A stretch of 64,000 bases of DNA, from positions 558,001 through 622,000 of the forward strand of contig OZ037840.1 in NCBI GenBank assembly GCA_964035575.1, given 5' to 3'. This document shows positions 22,060 to 34,409 of this stretch, piece after piece (position 1 is the stretch's first letter; every line of letters begins with the position of its first letter). Origin of the DNA: Rhynchopus sp. YZ270_cl-10. Taxonomy: Eukaryota. The position numbers were made by a program, and so were the translations under genes. Under the pieces are notes generated by a model. The model saw only the letters and a list, made by a program, of their open reading frames with translations, ran no database searches and was not told where the DNA came from.

Positions 22060-22850
22060 ATCCGTCCCTTTTTGGCCAAATTCCGAAATCCCAATCCAAA
22101 AAATTCCCTGTTTTTTTGGTATAGTTTTTGGGCTGTTTTTTGACTTTTTTGTGGGGGGAAAAAAAAAATTTCCCGACATGTCGTCAGGGCTCTCGCCGGG
22201 GTTCATTTGGGGTCCCGAGCTTTCCCCCCGTAAAAGCGGTCGCTGCGCGCGCTTCGCGCGCGCGACTCCCTACCAGTGCAGGGAGGCGTGGCGCTTTCTC
22301 CCCTCTGATGCACAAAAGGTGGGGAGGGGTGAACCACAATCCGTAGTGTGTCAGCCTTATCAGTAACCTCGGCACATTTATGAAAGAAACGGCAGTCAGC
22401 AATGGCTCCCAAAGGTCCCTGGCGAAGCCACGGTACGCAACATTTGAGATCTCCTCCGTCTTCCAACCCTCATAATTGAATGCGATTGACACGTCTTCTC
22501 CTTCTTCTTGTGCACAACCTCAAATGTCTCTGATGCTGGACGTTTGCCTGCAACTAACGTGAACATCCGCACCCACAACTACAGCAACCGCCTGCAGAGC
22601 CAGTTTTTTCCTCAAAAATCCGGGATTTTTTTTTTTTCCTTTTCCCCTTTTTTCGCTTTATTTGATCGCGTTGATCGATCGCATCCCACAGGCGAAACTC
22701 TCTGGGGGTGGGGTGGGGTAGAATGTACTTGAAATTGCTGTAGGGAAAAACAGGGAATTTTTTTCAGGGAATTTTTTTATTTTTCCGAAATCCCAATCCC
22801 AATCCAGAATTAGAAAAATCCCTGGAAAACGGTCCAAAAAAAAAAAAATC
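22060..22850 (-). mobile_element. Deleted DNA transposon related to the 30912 hAT element
   Basis: Minus strand NVAYRGFAR (~22419-22445) is identical at DNA level to 31484-31510. Subterminal-type repeats ttccgaaatcccaatcc and cagggaattttt occur at both ends. Boundaries are approximate. Confidence 0.5.
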
Positions 22851-23074
22851 CGCATCTCTATTTTTGAAATTCATTAGCCTTCGGGGCGAGAACCCGTCCT
22901 CGGACAGGGTGATTGTCGAAACTACAAAAAAAAACCCCCTAAGATACAACAGGCAATACTTCTATGCAGGAGTGAGCCAACAAAAAAAAGCTGATGCCAA
23001 AAAAAAAAAGGCATGGTCTAGGTGTCTTGAGAGTTGTTGTGTATTTTCTTTTTTTTGTTGAAGAAGTGGTGTAG

Positions 23075-23285
23075 GGTGTGTGTATGTGTTTGATAACAAA
23101 TAGGGGTAATTCTAGCGCAGAAGAGAGCATGGCCCAATAGGGGCTGTGTGTGTGTGTTTGATAATGAATTTAGAGTGGGTGACGCCTGAACGGAGTATAG
23201 CCCATTTCTTGTGTGTGTGTGTTTGATAACTAGTAGGGGTAATTCTTGCGCAGAATATGGCCCCAATGTGTGTGTGTGTGTAGGC
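23075..23285. repeat. Degenerate ~65-70-bp tandem repeat with TG tracts (3 units)
   Basis: Recurring (tg)n-tttgataa..taggggtaattct..gcgcagaa..tggccc. Confidence 0.6.
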
Positions 23286-24395
23286 GATAGATAGCAGGGT
23301 GGGGGGGAGGAGACTTTCAACAAAAACACAGTGGAGATTGCACAACTGTGGCAACACAACCGAGGCAACTACACTACTCCAACAATTTATCAAAAAAAAA
23401 AAAAAGAAACTGAAGTGCTACGGTGGTCAAATTTATTTGTCTGGCCAACTCTGGGGTCGTTTGCGCTTCAATTTCAGCGACGAAATTGCTAGCATTTATA
23501 TGGCTGAATGGGTGGGGTTGCAAAAAGGTGCGCAATAAGTGCGAATTATGAGGCATCTCTAAATATGGGCGAAATATGGAGAAACAGGAGGGTTGGCAGA
23601 CCCTTACGGCGGTTGTGATCTTGCGAGCGTTCTTTGTGCAAAAAAAAGAAAACAAAAAAGTAATATTTCTCGAGTGCGTGTGTGCTAAATAAAAGCAAAA
23701 TTAAAAGTGCAAAGCAAACCCCCTCAGGGTGTGCCTGCACAGTGTGAATACAACAAAGGTTTGAGAAGAAGAAAAATAAACTAAAAAAAAAACCGTGTGC
23801 AAACATTGGCTTCGCCATTTTTTTTTTTTTTCTCTCCGATTTTTTGGTCAGGTGACTAAGCACAATCGGGCTTACACCACGCTGGATGATATGGGTCACA
23901 TGGTATGTTCACATGATAAAATTCTATCATGTACACCTACCAAATCACCCTATCATCCAGCGTGGTAGGTTCCATCTTAACCCCCCTCCTCCTATCTCTT
24001 TCCCCTTTGTACGTTTTTTTGGAAAAATAGGATGGAGCACCCCATCCCACACGAATGTGAGGGAATACAGCCACCCCGAAAAGAACAACCCCCATTTCTC
24101 TCTCTCCCCCCCCCCCCCCCCAATCTCTTTCCCCCCCGTATTTCACCTTGGTTGGATTATGTAAAGTCAGTAACCTGCGTCCGGAATTTGCACTATCAAC
24201 TTCACTTTAAAGTGAGCATTTGTACTTTTTCAAGATGACTAAGCACAGAGAGGCTTGGGGTCATCTTATAAACTGTTTTTTTTTTTTTTCCTATAGGTTT
24301 CCTTTTTACATCTTCTGTTGTAGGCCCGCAGGGTAGTGCTCTCATCCGGATGGCTGGCATCGTATGTGGTCGGAGGTGCCTGCATCAACTACAGT

Positions 24396-24601
24396 TTTTT
24401 TTTGTGTTATCAAGCATTGACGAATAGAAATGGAAAACGACGGATGGTGCGTGCCCGCTTTAGCGTATTGTTTTTCCACTAACATCACTCACATTCATCA
24501 GTGAAAAACACAAACCTTTTTGCGGTGCGATAAACGAAAAAGTGTTTTCTTTATTTCATTTAACTGTCATATCCTGAAGTCGTTTTCTATTTTTTTTGTA
24601 C
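24396..24601 (+). repeat. ~205-bp sequence duplicated at ~33310-33517
   Basis: The block gtgttatcaagcattgacgaatag...gtcgttttctattttttttgtac is essentially identical at both sites. Confidence 0.9.
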
Positions 24602-27296
24602 ACATCACAGACAACAAAAGTAGTTTGTGTGCATGTAACACCCTACAGTCATTTGTATTGGTGATGTGCTCGAGAGAGAGAGAGAGAGAGAAGTATACGC
24701 ATCTTCCAAGCTTTCATTTATGGGTTTCCTTTCATGAGTGTGTGTGCTGTTGTTGTGTACTTCCTTCGAGGTCTCAATCGGTCTTGTTTTGCATTGATGC
24801 ATCCACAGTGTTCACATTGGCCTCGATTTCTCTTTCACCCTGGCGTAATGTCACAGCGTTGGCTGTGGGTCAAAACATCTTACATCAAGACCTGTGCTCT
24901 TAGTGCTTTCATCCGGATAGACTGGCATCGTACAGTGAATTGGAGGTGCCTGCATCGATAACTGTTTGGGCTCATTGACAGTCCTTCCCAGCGTCGCGCC
25001 TGATTATAAAAATAGGTGCAATTTCGCGATTTTTTTTTTTTGGGTTTGGGATTTCACGGCTACCCAACTACTAATTTTTACCACACACCCAGGATCATAC
25101 CCTCTCTCTTTGCATTTCCGACTGGGATTCGGGGGCCTAGTCCCATACAGCCGTGGTGGGTGACCCGTGTTTTTCCCCCTCCTTTTTGCAGTGCCTGCGT
25201 CCGCCGATGAGCGAGACGTTTGCACTCTCAATTTCCCCCCCCTTTTTTTTTCTCTTTTACTTTTACCTTTTTTTAGTCAGCCCATTGCCTCGTGCATCCT
25301 CTTTTTTTTTCTTATTTTCTTTCTTTCCTTTTTGTTCAATATTCTATGACTGCTTCAAGGTGACTTAGCACTACAACAAAAACAGATTGATGAATAACCA
25401 ATGTTCAAAACATTAAGTAATCTATTCAGACTTCGCACAGAGAGCCTTGTATCATCTTTACATACAGACAGTCCAACAAACGTTGAGTAGGCAAAAAAGT
25501 AGTGGTAGTTTTGAGGGCTCGAAAAAAACATTTTTTTTTGGTGGATTTTTTTTTTACCCCCACCGACATACTTCGTGGTCCGCCGGAGTCCGTCCTGAGT
25601 TGAGACGGACTGTGGCGGACTTTGAAAGTCCGTCTCAGGTCCGCCCGAGTTGAGACGGACCTGAGAGTGCTTTGTAAACGCTGGGTAGAAAAGGCCGGAT
25701 CGCAAGACCCGGCTAGCCCACACAACACCGCTAGGGCTTGTAATAAGTAAAAAAATGAGGCAGTATTGGAGTGAACCATTTGATAAACCATGCTATTTCA
25801 ACGATGATACAAAGGGGAGTGACGACACTCCCTTTTTTTGCCAGTTTGTGTGTGCACGTTTAGGAAGGCAACTTCTTCTTTTAGCCCTGCCTACTCCATT
25901 TTCTTGGAGTTTCCAGGACCGTGCATGCTCCGTTCCCTAAAAGGAATGGATAAAAAAAGACCCCCGTTTGCAATTGGGCGCTGTGTAAACATAAAGTACC
26001 CCGCCACTAGCATCTGCTTTCTCTCCCCCCCTTCCCTTCCTCTTTTTTTGTGCTTCACAACAAATCGGCTCTTGTGGCTAAGGACCTGCCAACTTAGGTT
26101 CATCTTACAAACTTTTCGTTTTTTTTTTTATATGGATCTTGAAGAGAAAAATAAAATGTGGCTTGCTGTCCTGTGATAGTGAGTCTAATAATAAAACAAA
26201 GATTTTATTCTTCAGTATTTGGTCTGTTACGGTTACTTCATTTTCCCCAGACCCCTCCCTCACATACAAGAACAAATGCCCCCAAAAAAACGAAAAGCAA
26301 AAAAGGACAAAAACAAAACAAAACAAAACAACATAAAACAAGAGCACAAAACAAAAAATGAAACAAAAACTTCATAAACCCATGTTCCCCTTGAATCAAG
26401 TTGATCATCTTGTTCGTGTCCAAGTTTGTCTTACGTATGTGCCATACTTATAAGATGACTAGCCAGAGCCCAAGGTTCGACCCCAACATTTTTGGTACAC
26501 AAAGTTGGCCAGCGTTTGAGGGTTAACTTTGCAAAAAGAAAAAAAGTAGCGTACCGTGCGCCTGCGGCGCAAGCTTGCATCCCACCCTTCCCATATGGTA
26601 TAGCTTGACTGTAAAAATCAAGTGTCATGAATTTTCACTAGTCATTTCACTAGTAAAATCACCTGTCATGTATATAACTAGTCGTGCAGAGGACAGGGGG
26701 GCCTGGGGTGGGCCGAGATGACCCGAGTCCTATACGGTACACGCCCCTGTGAGGCCAAAATTTACATTTAATTTGAAGGGCGGGATCACAAGGCTATCAA
26801 TAAAATTCGGTTCGTGGGGTTTGGGGTTTTTATCACCCAATTTCCCCCCCTCTCGGTGGTCCGGGCATTATATAGTCCCCCGAGCCCCCAGCAAAAAAAT
26901 TACTTTTTTTTCTCTGTGTAGGAAAACTCAGCTATGCAAAAGAAGTACCGTATTCGTACAAAAATTATCAACCCTTTTCAGGATTTTTCTGGAAGTTCGA
27001 CCATTTTTACGGTCATTTTTTTACCATTACGGTACAACAAGAACTACACAAAACAGACTTTTTATTGTTTTTTTTTTTTCCCCATCCATCGTTCACCAAT
27101 TATTATTTTTCCGTTTCATCCGTGTTTTTTTCGCTCAATCCCTACTTGTTTTGACTAATCCGTGATCGAGGTTGGTCTTTTGGAAGAGGGTAATCCTCAA
27201 TGCTGATTCTGTTTTCTTATCTGTTATTTTTCATTGATGAAGCCATGCACAGTGACACACATTCATCATCGTTATTTTACTTTTGAAATACTTCAT

Positions 27297-28073
27297 TGGT
27301 GTGGCTGAAACCAGCAAATTTCACTGCTAAAGAACTGCTAACAAACTGCTAAATAATACCCTTTTTTTAGGGGTGGTGTATAAAAACATTTTTTTACCTT
27401 GGTTTTTCCACTCCCCCTGTTGGCGCGCCTCCACTCTTGCATACCCATGTGTGACCCCACCGTTGAACGCAATCGACTCGCTGAGTCAAAAGACGCACAG
27501 AACGGGGCTGGAAAAAATCACGAAAAACGCGTACCGTGCGCCTGCGGCGCCCACAAAGTGAGTTTCCCCCCTGAGTATGCTGTGTATGCTGTGTATGCTG
27601 TGTATGCTGTGTATGCTGTGTATACTGTGTATACTGTGTATACTGTGTATACTGTGTATACTGTGTATACTGTGTATACTGTGTATACTGTGTATACTGT
27701 GTATACTGTGTATACTGTGTATACTGTGTATACTGTGTATACTGTGTATACTGTGTATACTGTGTATACTGTGTATACTGTGTATACTGTGTATACTGTG
27801 TATACTGTGTATACTGTGTATACTGTGTATACTGCGGAAATTGACCAAAAACGAGAACTTGTCCATTTCGGCGAATTGACCCCACCACTGGCCGGACGGA
27901 TTCCGGAAATGCAAATGCCGGCGTTAAAAACCTCACCAACGGAAAAAAAAATTTTTTTTTTCCAACACCCGTGGGGAAAAAAATTTTTATACACCACCCC
28001 CCCAAAAATGCATGCTAACAAAGTGCTAACAAACTGCTAAATAATACCCTTTTTTTTGGGTTCAGCCACACCA
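27297..28073. mobile_element. Non-autonomous TIR element, TGGTGTGGC termini, 5-bp TSD TTCAT
   Basis: TIRs at 27297-27309/28061-28073, TSD at 27292-27296/28074-28078, inner IR at 27370-27386/27984-28000, and a ~30-bp direct subterminal repeat at both ends. Confidence 0.85.
27575..27834. repeat. 9-bp tandem array, (GTATGCTGT)5 then (GTATACTGT)~24
   Basis: Read directly; lies inside the 27297 element. Confidence 0.98.
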
Positions 28074-28080
28074 TTCATTT

Positions 28081-28190
28081 TACAGTCCCGACCGATATTA
28101 CGGACGGTCGAAATTATGGCCGAACCCAAAATCCGGCCATAATTTCGACTACCGTAATATTAACCGGCCGTAATATCGGTCGGGACTGTA
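28081..28190. mobile_element. Tc1/mariner(pogo)-type MITE
   Basis: TA + CAGTCCCGACCGATATTACGG TIRs at 28081-28103/28168-28190, with a palindromic interior. Confidence 0.85.
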
Positions 28191-28347
28191 ACCCTATTCA
28201 CCAAGCGGCGCTTTATGTGGCTTTCGAAATGACATGCTTTGAGACGAGGTTCAACTCATTTTCGTATAAAAAAAAGCATTTTTTTTTTTTTTGAAAGAAT
28301 TTGCACCGATCTCTTATTTCATCTCATATTGTTTTTTGAAAGATGTG

Positions 28348-29347
28348 TTTTCCCAACCTTCCTGTATACACGCGTCAGCAACCAATACAGGTAGTGTATT
28401 GAAATGATTCTGGGGGGGGGTAAGGGGTCTAATTTTAATTTCGTCGATTTTGAGAAAATTTTTGGCCAAAAATGGGCCCCACGTATAAGGAACCGGGCTC
28501 ATATTTCTCAAAATTTAAGTGGTCAAAAAATTGTCCAATTTTCCGAAATGACCCCACCGCTGCACGGGCGGAGCCCAAAAATGCAAATAAGCCACTTTTT
28601 CCCAACCTTCCTGTATACACGCGTCAGCAACCAATACAGGTAGCGTATTGAAATGATTCTGGGGGGGGGTAAGGGGTCTAATTTTAATTTCGTCGATTTT
28701 GAGAAAATTTTTGGCCAAAAATGGGCCCCACGTATAAGGAACCGGGCTCATATTTCTCAAAATTTAAGTGGTCAAAAAATTGTCCAATTTTCCGAAATGA
28801 CCCCACCGCTGCACGGGCGGAGCCCAAAAATGCAAATAAGCCACTTTTTTCCCAACCTTCCTGTATACACGCGTCAGCAACCAATACAGGTAGTGTATTG
28901 AAATGATTCTGGGGGGGGGGTAAGGGGTCTAATTTTAATTTCGTCGATTTTGAGAAAATTTTTGGCCAAAAATGGGCCCCACGTATAAGGAACCGGGCTC
29001 ATATTTCTCAAAATTTAAGTGGTCAAAAAATTGTCCAATTTTCCGAAATGACCCCACCGCTGCACGGGCGGAGCCCAAAAATGCAAATAAGCCACTTTTC
29101 CCAACCTTCCTGTATACACGCGTCAGCAACCAATACAGGTAGTGTATTGAAATGATTCTGGGGGGGGTAAGGGGTCTAATTTTAATTTCGTCGATTTTGA
29201 GAAAATTTTTGGCCAAAAATGGGCCCCACGTATAAGGAACCGGGCTCATATTTCTCAAAATTTAAGTGGTCAAAAAATTGTCCAATTTTCCGAAATGACC
29301 CCACCGCTGCACGGGCGGAGCCCAAAAATGCAAATAAGCCACTTTTT
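28348..29347. repeat. ~249-bp tandem repeat, 4 copies
   Basis: The unit cccaaccttcctgtatacacgcg...aaatgcaaataagccactttt recurs four times, varying mainly in homopolymer length. Confidence 0.97.
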
Positions 29348-29419
29348 GGTTTCATTGAAATGATGCGGCTGACACTGAGGAATTATGGTTTCCGGCGTCC
29401 CATTGAGGGGGCGAACCCT

Positions 29420-30020
29420 TTTTAATTTTTTGTTCTCTTGAAATGTGTAATTTCATGTTTTCGCGAAAACAATACGAACTGATCGGGTTGAAGGAAGGGT
29501 GGGGAAAACAATAATAACAAGAACAACTAATTGCTAAGAAAAAAAATGGGGTGTGCTGTGGATAACTCCGCGCGATTTTCGAAACCACCATAGCATCCTG
29601 GCGATTTTCTGGAGGTGCTGATGTGACGATGCCTGGTGCGATCGACGACGTGTTGTCGTCTGTGCATTATGTGTTCCTTCCGCACTGCTCTGATGACGAC
29701 GACGATGCGTGGGAGCCTGTGGACGACTACGAGCTGGAACATGCCGAGGCCGCCCGAGCGAATGGTTATCGAGCCTGCCGAGACTACGTCCAATAACGCG
29801 ATCGATCAGATGGTGCTGGACGAAGAGGACAGCCGCACTGTTTAAAAGTTTCAGATGCAGGCATCCCAGTGGGTTCAGCAGCGTACGAAGAGCGTTTTAG
29901 CATACCTGCAGAAGAGCAGAATGCTGGGCGTGTTGTAGATTATATTTTTTTCAGAGTGGAGTTCCACAGCACACCCGGTTTTTTTTCCGATAGCAATTAC
30001 TTGTTTTTTTTTATTTTTTT
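29420..30020 (+). repeat. Interspersed element body homologous to 37140-37695
   Basis: Colinear diverged similarity (e.g. cagatggtgctggacgaagaggacagcc; gcatacctgcagaagagcagaatgctgggcgtgttgtagatt). Both copies follow related tandem repeats. Confidence 0.85.
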
Positions 30021-30555
30021 TTTTTGGCCGATCTTTCATAAGAAGGTGTACCATAAAAAGATTCTGGAAGGTTCAACAGCCTATTTTTTTTGTAACAACT
30101 GCCTTGCAAAGGTTGTAGGGGAGGAAATGAAAACGTATCTGAATGTGCCCGAATTTTTGGTGAGAGCGACACAACACGACACAAATTATTCACAGAAAAT
30201 TTTTTGATTTTGTCCCTACACTCTCCACAAAAATCCGGTGCGATCAACGAAAAATTCTTTTTCTGATTTCGTTTCTTTCTTTATCAGACTAGCTAAAAAT
30301 CAGATATCAGTTTTTATTTTTTGACAGAGAATAGTTGTATTGTGATAATTGCTTGATAACCCAATGATACACATGACAATACAGCTGTACTGCGTATTAT
30401 GAATTATGATGGGCAATTTTATCACACATACAGCCACTGTTGAGGAGTTCATCTCAGTGTTTTTCCTTTGGTTTTACGGTAAATAAAAAAGGTTTTCACC
30501 TCTCCCGCTGACCAGGCGAGGCACAGCTTAGGTCGTATTACCCAACCCCGTCACC

Positions 30556-30779
30556 TAGGGATGGCTGTATTGTGATAAATTGTTCATGATAATACATACA
30601 GTTGGACAAGTAATATTGGCGACCAAAAAAGTCGTCAATTGCAAGAAAAACCCCAAAATCCGCCAATATTTTTTGGTCGCCAAGTTTCGTGTCCAACTGT
30701 AAAACACATCACAATACAGCTGTATTTTGATATGTATTATGTATTATGATGGGCAATCATCACAATCCAGCCATCACTA
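30556..30779. mobile_element. hAT-like MITE (TAGGGATGGCTG termini) carrying a nested Tc1/mariner MITE at 30597-30701
   Basis: Outer TIR tagggatggctgtattgtgat/atcacaatccagccatcacta. Inner element TA-CAGTTGGAC...GTCCAACTG-TA. A related copy without the insert lies at ~30325-30438. Confidence 0.75.
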
Positions 30780-30911
30780 CCATTAACCCCTTAAAAAAAA
30801 AAACAACAAACGCAGGTGATCATTCACCTGAGGCTGACATTGCACCCTGAAACCCCACCCTACCAACCACTCCAACAGTGGCAGAGCACAAAGCTTTTTT
30901 TTTTCTATGAT

Positions 30912-32168
30912 TGGTGTGGCACGTTACCCTACTTTTCAAGTACATACACACTACATAAGAACTACACAAAAATGACTTTTTTTTGGGCGTGTTTAAGGGA
31001 AAAAATATTTTTGTGAAGTGACTTTTTTTTGGGGGGTCCGGGGGGTGGAAAATTTTTTTCACCAATTTTTTCCTACAAAAAATCGGGAAATTTTTTTTTT
31101 GTTTTCGGTTCTTCCGAGTCTGTGCGTGCTGTGATGGGTTCACTTTGCGCTGAGAAATGAGTATTTTTGACCTGAAATGCATGTATCAGTTTTATACAGG
31201 CCATTTTCAGGTTTTGTGTGTAAAATATGGTCAGTACTTGACTTTTGAAGGAAAACTGCAGAGGTGAACATGGGAGCAGTTTGCATAGCTGCGAACTTTG
31301 TTGCATGTTGTGGCCCACCATTTGACGGACGGAGCTCGTAGAACCCAATGAGGAGTGAGAAAGAAGGATATGGTCAAATAAAAAGTAGCGTACCGTGCGC
31401 CTGCGGCGCAAGCTTGCATTACACCCTTCCCATGACATAGTTTGGCTGTAAAAAAAGGTGCATTTTTAAGCGCAATTTTTTGAAATGTTGCGTACCGTGG
31501 CTTCGCCAGAACGCAGTTTTCTCGAAGTCTTCTTGCTCTTGAACATTGCAAGTCGGAAATGGGATACTCTCGCACGGGTTTTGGAGGCTGCGGTCGTGCA
31601 CTCCCCGTCTTCGGTTGCTGTTGAACAAGGATTCTCTCTCCTGGACCACATCTACGCAAAGAGACGCCACCGCCTTTCTCACAGCACTATTGAGAAGTTG
31701 ATGATTCTTCATGAACAGGCACCCGAGTTTAATACCGAAGAGATGGGGAATATTCTTGAACACGCTGTTGCCCTGTTTCTCAGAAACAAGCGTCACAGGT
31801 TCAAGAGAAAACGGAGGGCGGAGGAATTGGAAGACTTCGCTTCCCCCGTATTTGTTTCCGGAATTGAGCTTATGAGGACCTTTTTCGCGCGCAGCGCGTA
31901 TGTTCGAAACGTATCGTGGGCAAAAAAAAATAATGATTTTCACCACCAGCCATGGACCAAGGTCGAAAAATGTCTGATTCCTGTGTAAAAAAACCCGTAA
32001 AAAAACCGGAATTCCAAGCCCGAAAAGTGCGATTTTTGTAGCTGTTTAGCGTCAGGCCTGCTCTAACACAATGGGTGGGAAAAATTTTTTTACCCCCTTT
32101 TTTATAATACATAAGCACTACATAAGAACTACACAAACCTGACTTTTTTTTTGGGGCGTGCCACACCA
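30912..32168 (+). mobile_element. Internally deleted hAT-superfamily transposon with 5-bp TSD (ATGAT)
   Basis: TIR tggtgtggcacg at 30912-30923/32157-32168, TSD at 30907-30911/32169-32173. Contains a hAT dimerization-domain ORF. Confidence 0.88.
31485..31988 (+). pseudogene. hAT transposase C-terminal dimerization-domain remnant
   Basis: WDTLARVL..HSPSSVAVEQGFSLLDHIYAKRRHRLSHSTIEKLMIL matches the hAT consensus W..LA..L..P.SS..ER.FS....I....R.RL....E.L. Confidence 0.85.
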
Positions 32169-33211
32169 ATGATGACTAATCACAAGGCTTAGGTTCATCT
32201 TATAAACTTTTCTTTGCGCACCTTGTAGAACGGGGTTGGGGAGGGGGGGGTTTTTTGTGTGTTCCAGCTTTCCCAATCTCTCTTTTATTTCCTTCCTTCT
32301 TTTTTTTAATAGGTGCCTGCTGTCCGCCGATGAACGGTGAGGCGTTTGCACTTTTAATTTCTCTGTTAGTATTACTCCCCCTCTATTGACCTACTGTAAA
32401 ATTGTACAAAGCGGTACTCCTTCTATTTGCTCTCTTTTTAAGAATCCTGAAGAAAAATAAAACTCTTTTTTAGATAGATATTCAGTCAAAAAGAAACGAA
32501 AACAAGGAAAAAAAGAGTTTTTTTTCCCCGTTGATCGCTCGAGGTGCAATCAACGAAAAAAACCTTTTTTCCTTTTACTTACCTACCGATCCTACTATTT
32601 CCCCGTTGATCGCTCGAATTAGTGTCCCTGAGTGAAAGGAGAAAAGGGAGATAATTCGGAAAAGCGGTATCTAACAAACAGAGTTTTATTTTTATATGAC
32701 GATTCTGATAATTTCTTGTATATTCAAAAAAAAAATCGTGGGCTACCATCTACTGGTACTCTCTCACCCCGCTCTGTTAGCAGCCCCCCTCCCCATCACT
32801 GATAGGCTATAGTAGACACTCCGTGCTGTCTGACAAAAAAAAACACGAGGCTTTCTGACCTCTTTCCGTGACAGGATCCACCCCCTCCCGTTCCGGATGG
32901 GGCAATGAATAATGTACCTACCGTGCAACCCCTCCCTCGTGGTATCCGTGATTGCATGCAAAATGAAGTGCTCTCTGGGGGTGGGTTTGATACCCTGCAG
33001 AGAAATAGTGCATGCGTCCACCGGTGTCTTGGTGAGGCGTTTGCACTTTCAACTTCTCTGCTGTTTTTTCTTCTTCTTTTTTGTAGTGTCGAAAAGCATT
33101 TGGCAACTTAGTCGAAATTGAATCGATGGTTGTCTCGTGAGGCAAGTGTCCTAACTAATTCGACAAGAGATTCTTTTGTTAGGACACTAATATATGCATG
33201 CGTGTTTGACA

Positions 33212-33527
33212 ATTCCTGTATTCGTACAAAAAAAAATTATCGACCATAATGGTTCGCCCTTTTCAGAAATTTTCTGGAAGTTCGACCTTTTTTTACGGTC
33301 GATATTTTTTTTTTTTTTGTGTTATCAAGCATTGACGAATAGAAATGGAAAACGACGGATGGTGCGTGCCCGCTTTAGCGTATTGTTTTTCCACTAACAT
33401 CACTCACATTCATCAGTGAAAAACACAAACCTTTTTGCGGTGCGATAAACGAAAAAGTGTTTTCTTTATTTCATTTAACTGTCATATCCTGAAGTCGTTT
33501 TCTATTTTTTTTTGTACGAATCCAGTA
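33212..33527. mobile_element. Small TIR element containing the 205-bp duplicated block
   Basis: Imperfect TIR ctgtattcgtacaaaaaaaa / ttttttttgtacgaatccag. The left part is related to 26948-27015. Confidence 0.55.
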
Positions 33528-33699
33528 ATGTATTTGAGTATCTAGAAGGATCGAAAAATAGTATGGCCAAAATGTGTGTATGTCGCATCCGTTGGTTAGA
33601 GATGTGCGAGTCTGTAACGCACAAAGGAATTTAAAAAATAACTCAACTAAATATTTCTCCAAAGATGTTTTTTTTTCCCCTTCTCCTGGGTTTGCCATT

Positions 33700-33842
33700 T
33701 CTCCCCCTCCTCCTCCCCTCCCCTCCTCCTCCCCTCCCCTCCTCCTCCCCTCCCCTCCTCCTCCCCTCCTCCTCCCCTCCTCCTCCCCTCCCCTCCTCCT
33801 CCTCTTCTTCCCTGCTTCCCCCTCTCTCTCCCTCTTCTTCCG
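33700..33842. repeat. C/T-rich low-complexity tract (CCT/CCCCT)
   Basis: Read directly. Confidence 0.9.
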
Positions 33843-34409
33843 TTCAGTTCAGTGCTCTCATTCGGTTCTCTCTCTCACTAAAAAAAGGCAAAAAAGCAAT
33901 AAACCAAAATATTGTGAACCCCTCCAGACTCCCCCCTTTTTTCAACCTATTTTAATCCCATACTAGGCCACAGGGTACTTTGTACTTTCATCCGGATGGG
34001 CTGGCATCGTACAGTAGGTCAGTCGGCGGTGCCTGCATCAGCAACTACAGTTTTAATTCCCTCCTCTTCTTCCTCCTCTTCTTTGTTACCTGCTGCGACT
34101 CCTGTTCAAACGTTCCAAGAGACCGCACTGCACTGCCACATGCTTTTGCATATGATGACCAAAAGTGATATCCCTACGGAGGGTGACGCTACCTGGTGGC
34201 CACTGTTGTCCTGGGGGTAATGTCGTCTCAACACGGTGATGATGTTACTAAGGTTTTTGGTATTATGACATGTTATATACCGTGCTTCATGACATGCTTT
34301 AGCTGGAGTAATGTCGTCTCAACGTATATTTTCCAACCCTCTTCTCTCCTCTTCTTCCTCTGCAACCCCCCCTCCATCTTATCCCATTTTTTCTTTTAAG
34401 GAACACATC

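Noticed and set aside
27394..28040. YTV/QYT/SIH/LCI repeat ORFs
   Set aside because: Translation artefacts of the 9-bp array.
27297..28073. Solo LTR or Ginger element (TG...CA ends, 5-bp TSD)
   Set aside because: The same termini flank a hAT dimerization-domain ORF at 30912-32168, so hAT is more parsimonious.
28348..29347. CRISPR array
   Set aside because: Whole units are identical, with no unique spacers and no cas genes, in a eukaryotic context.
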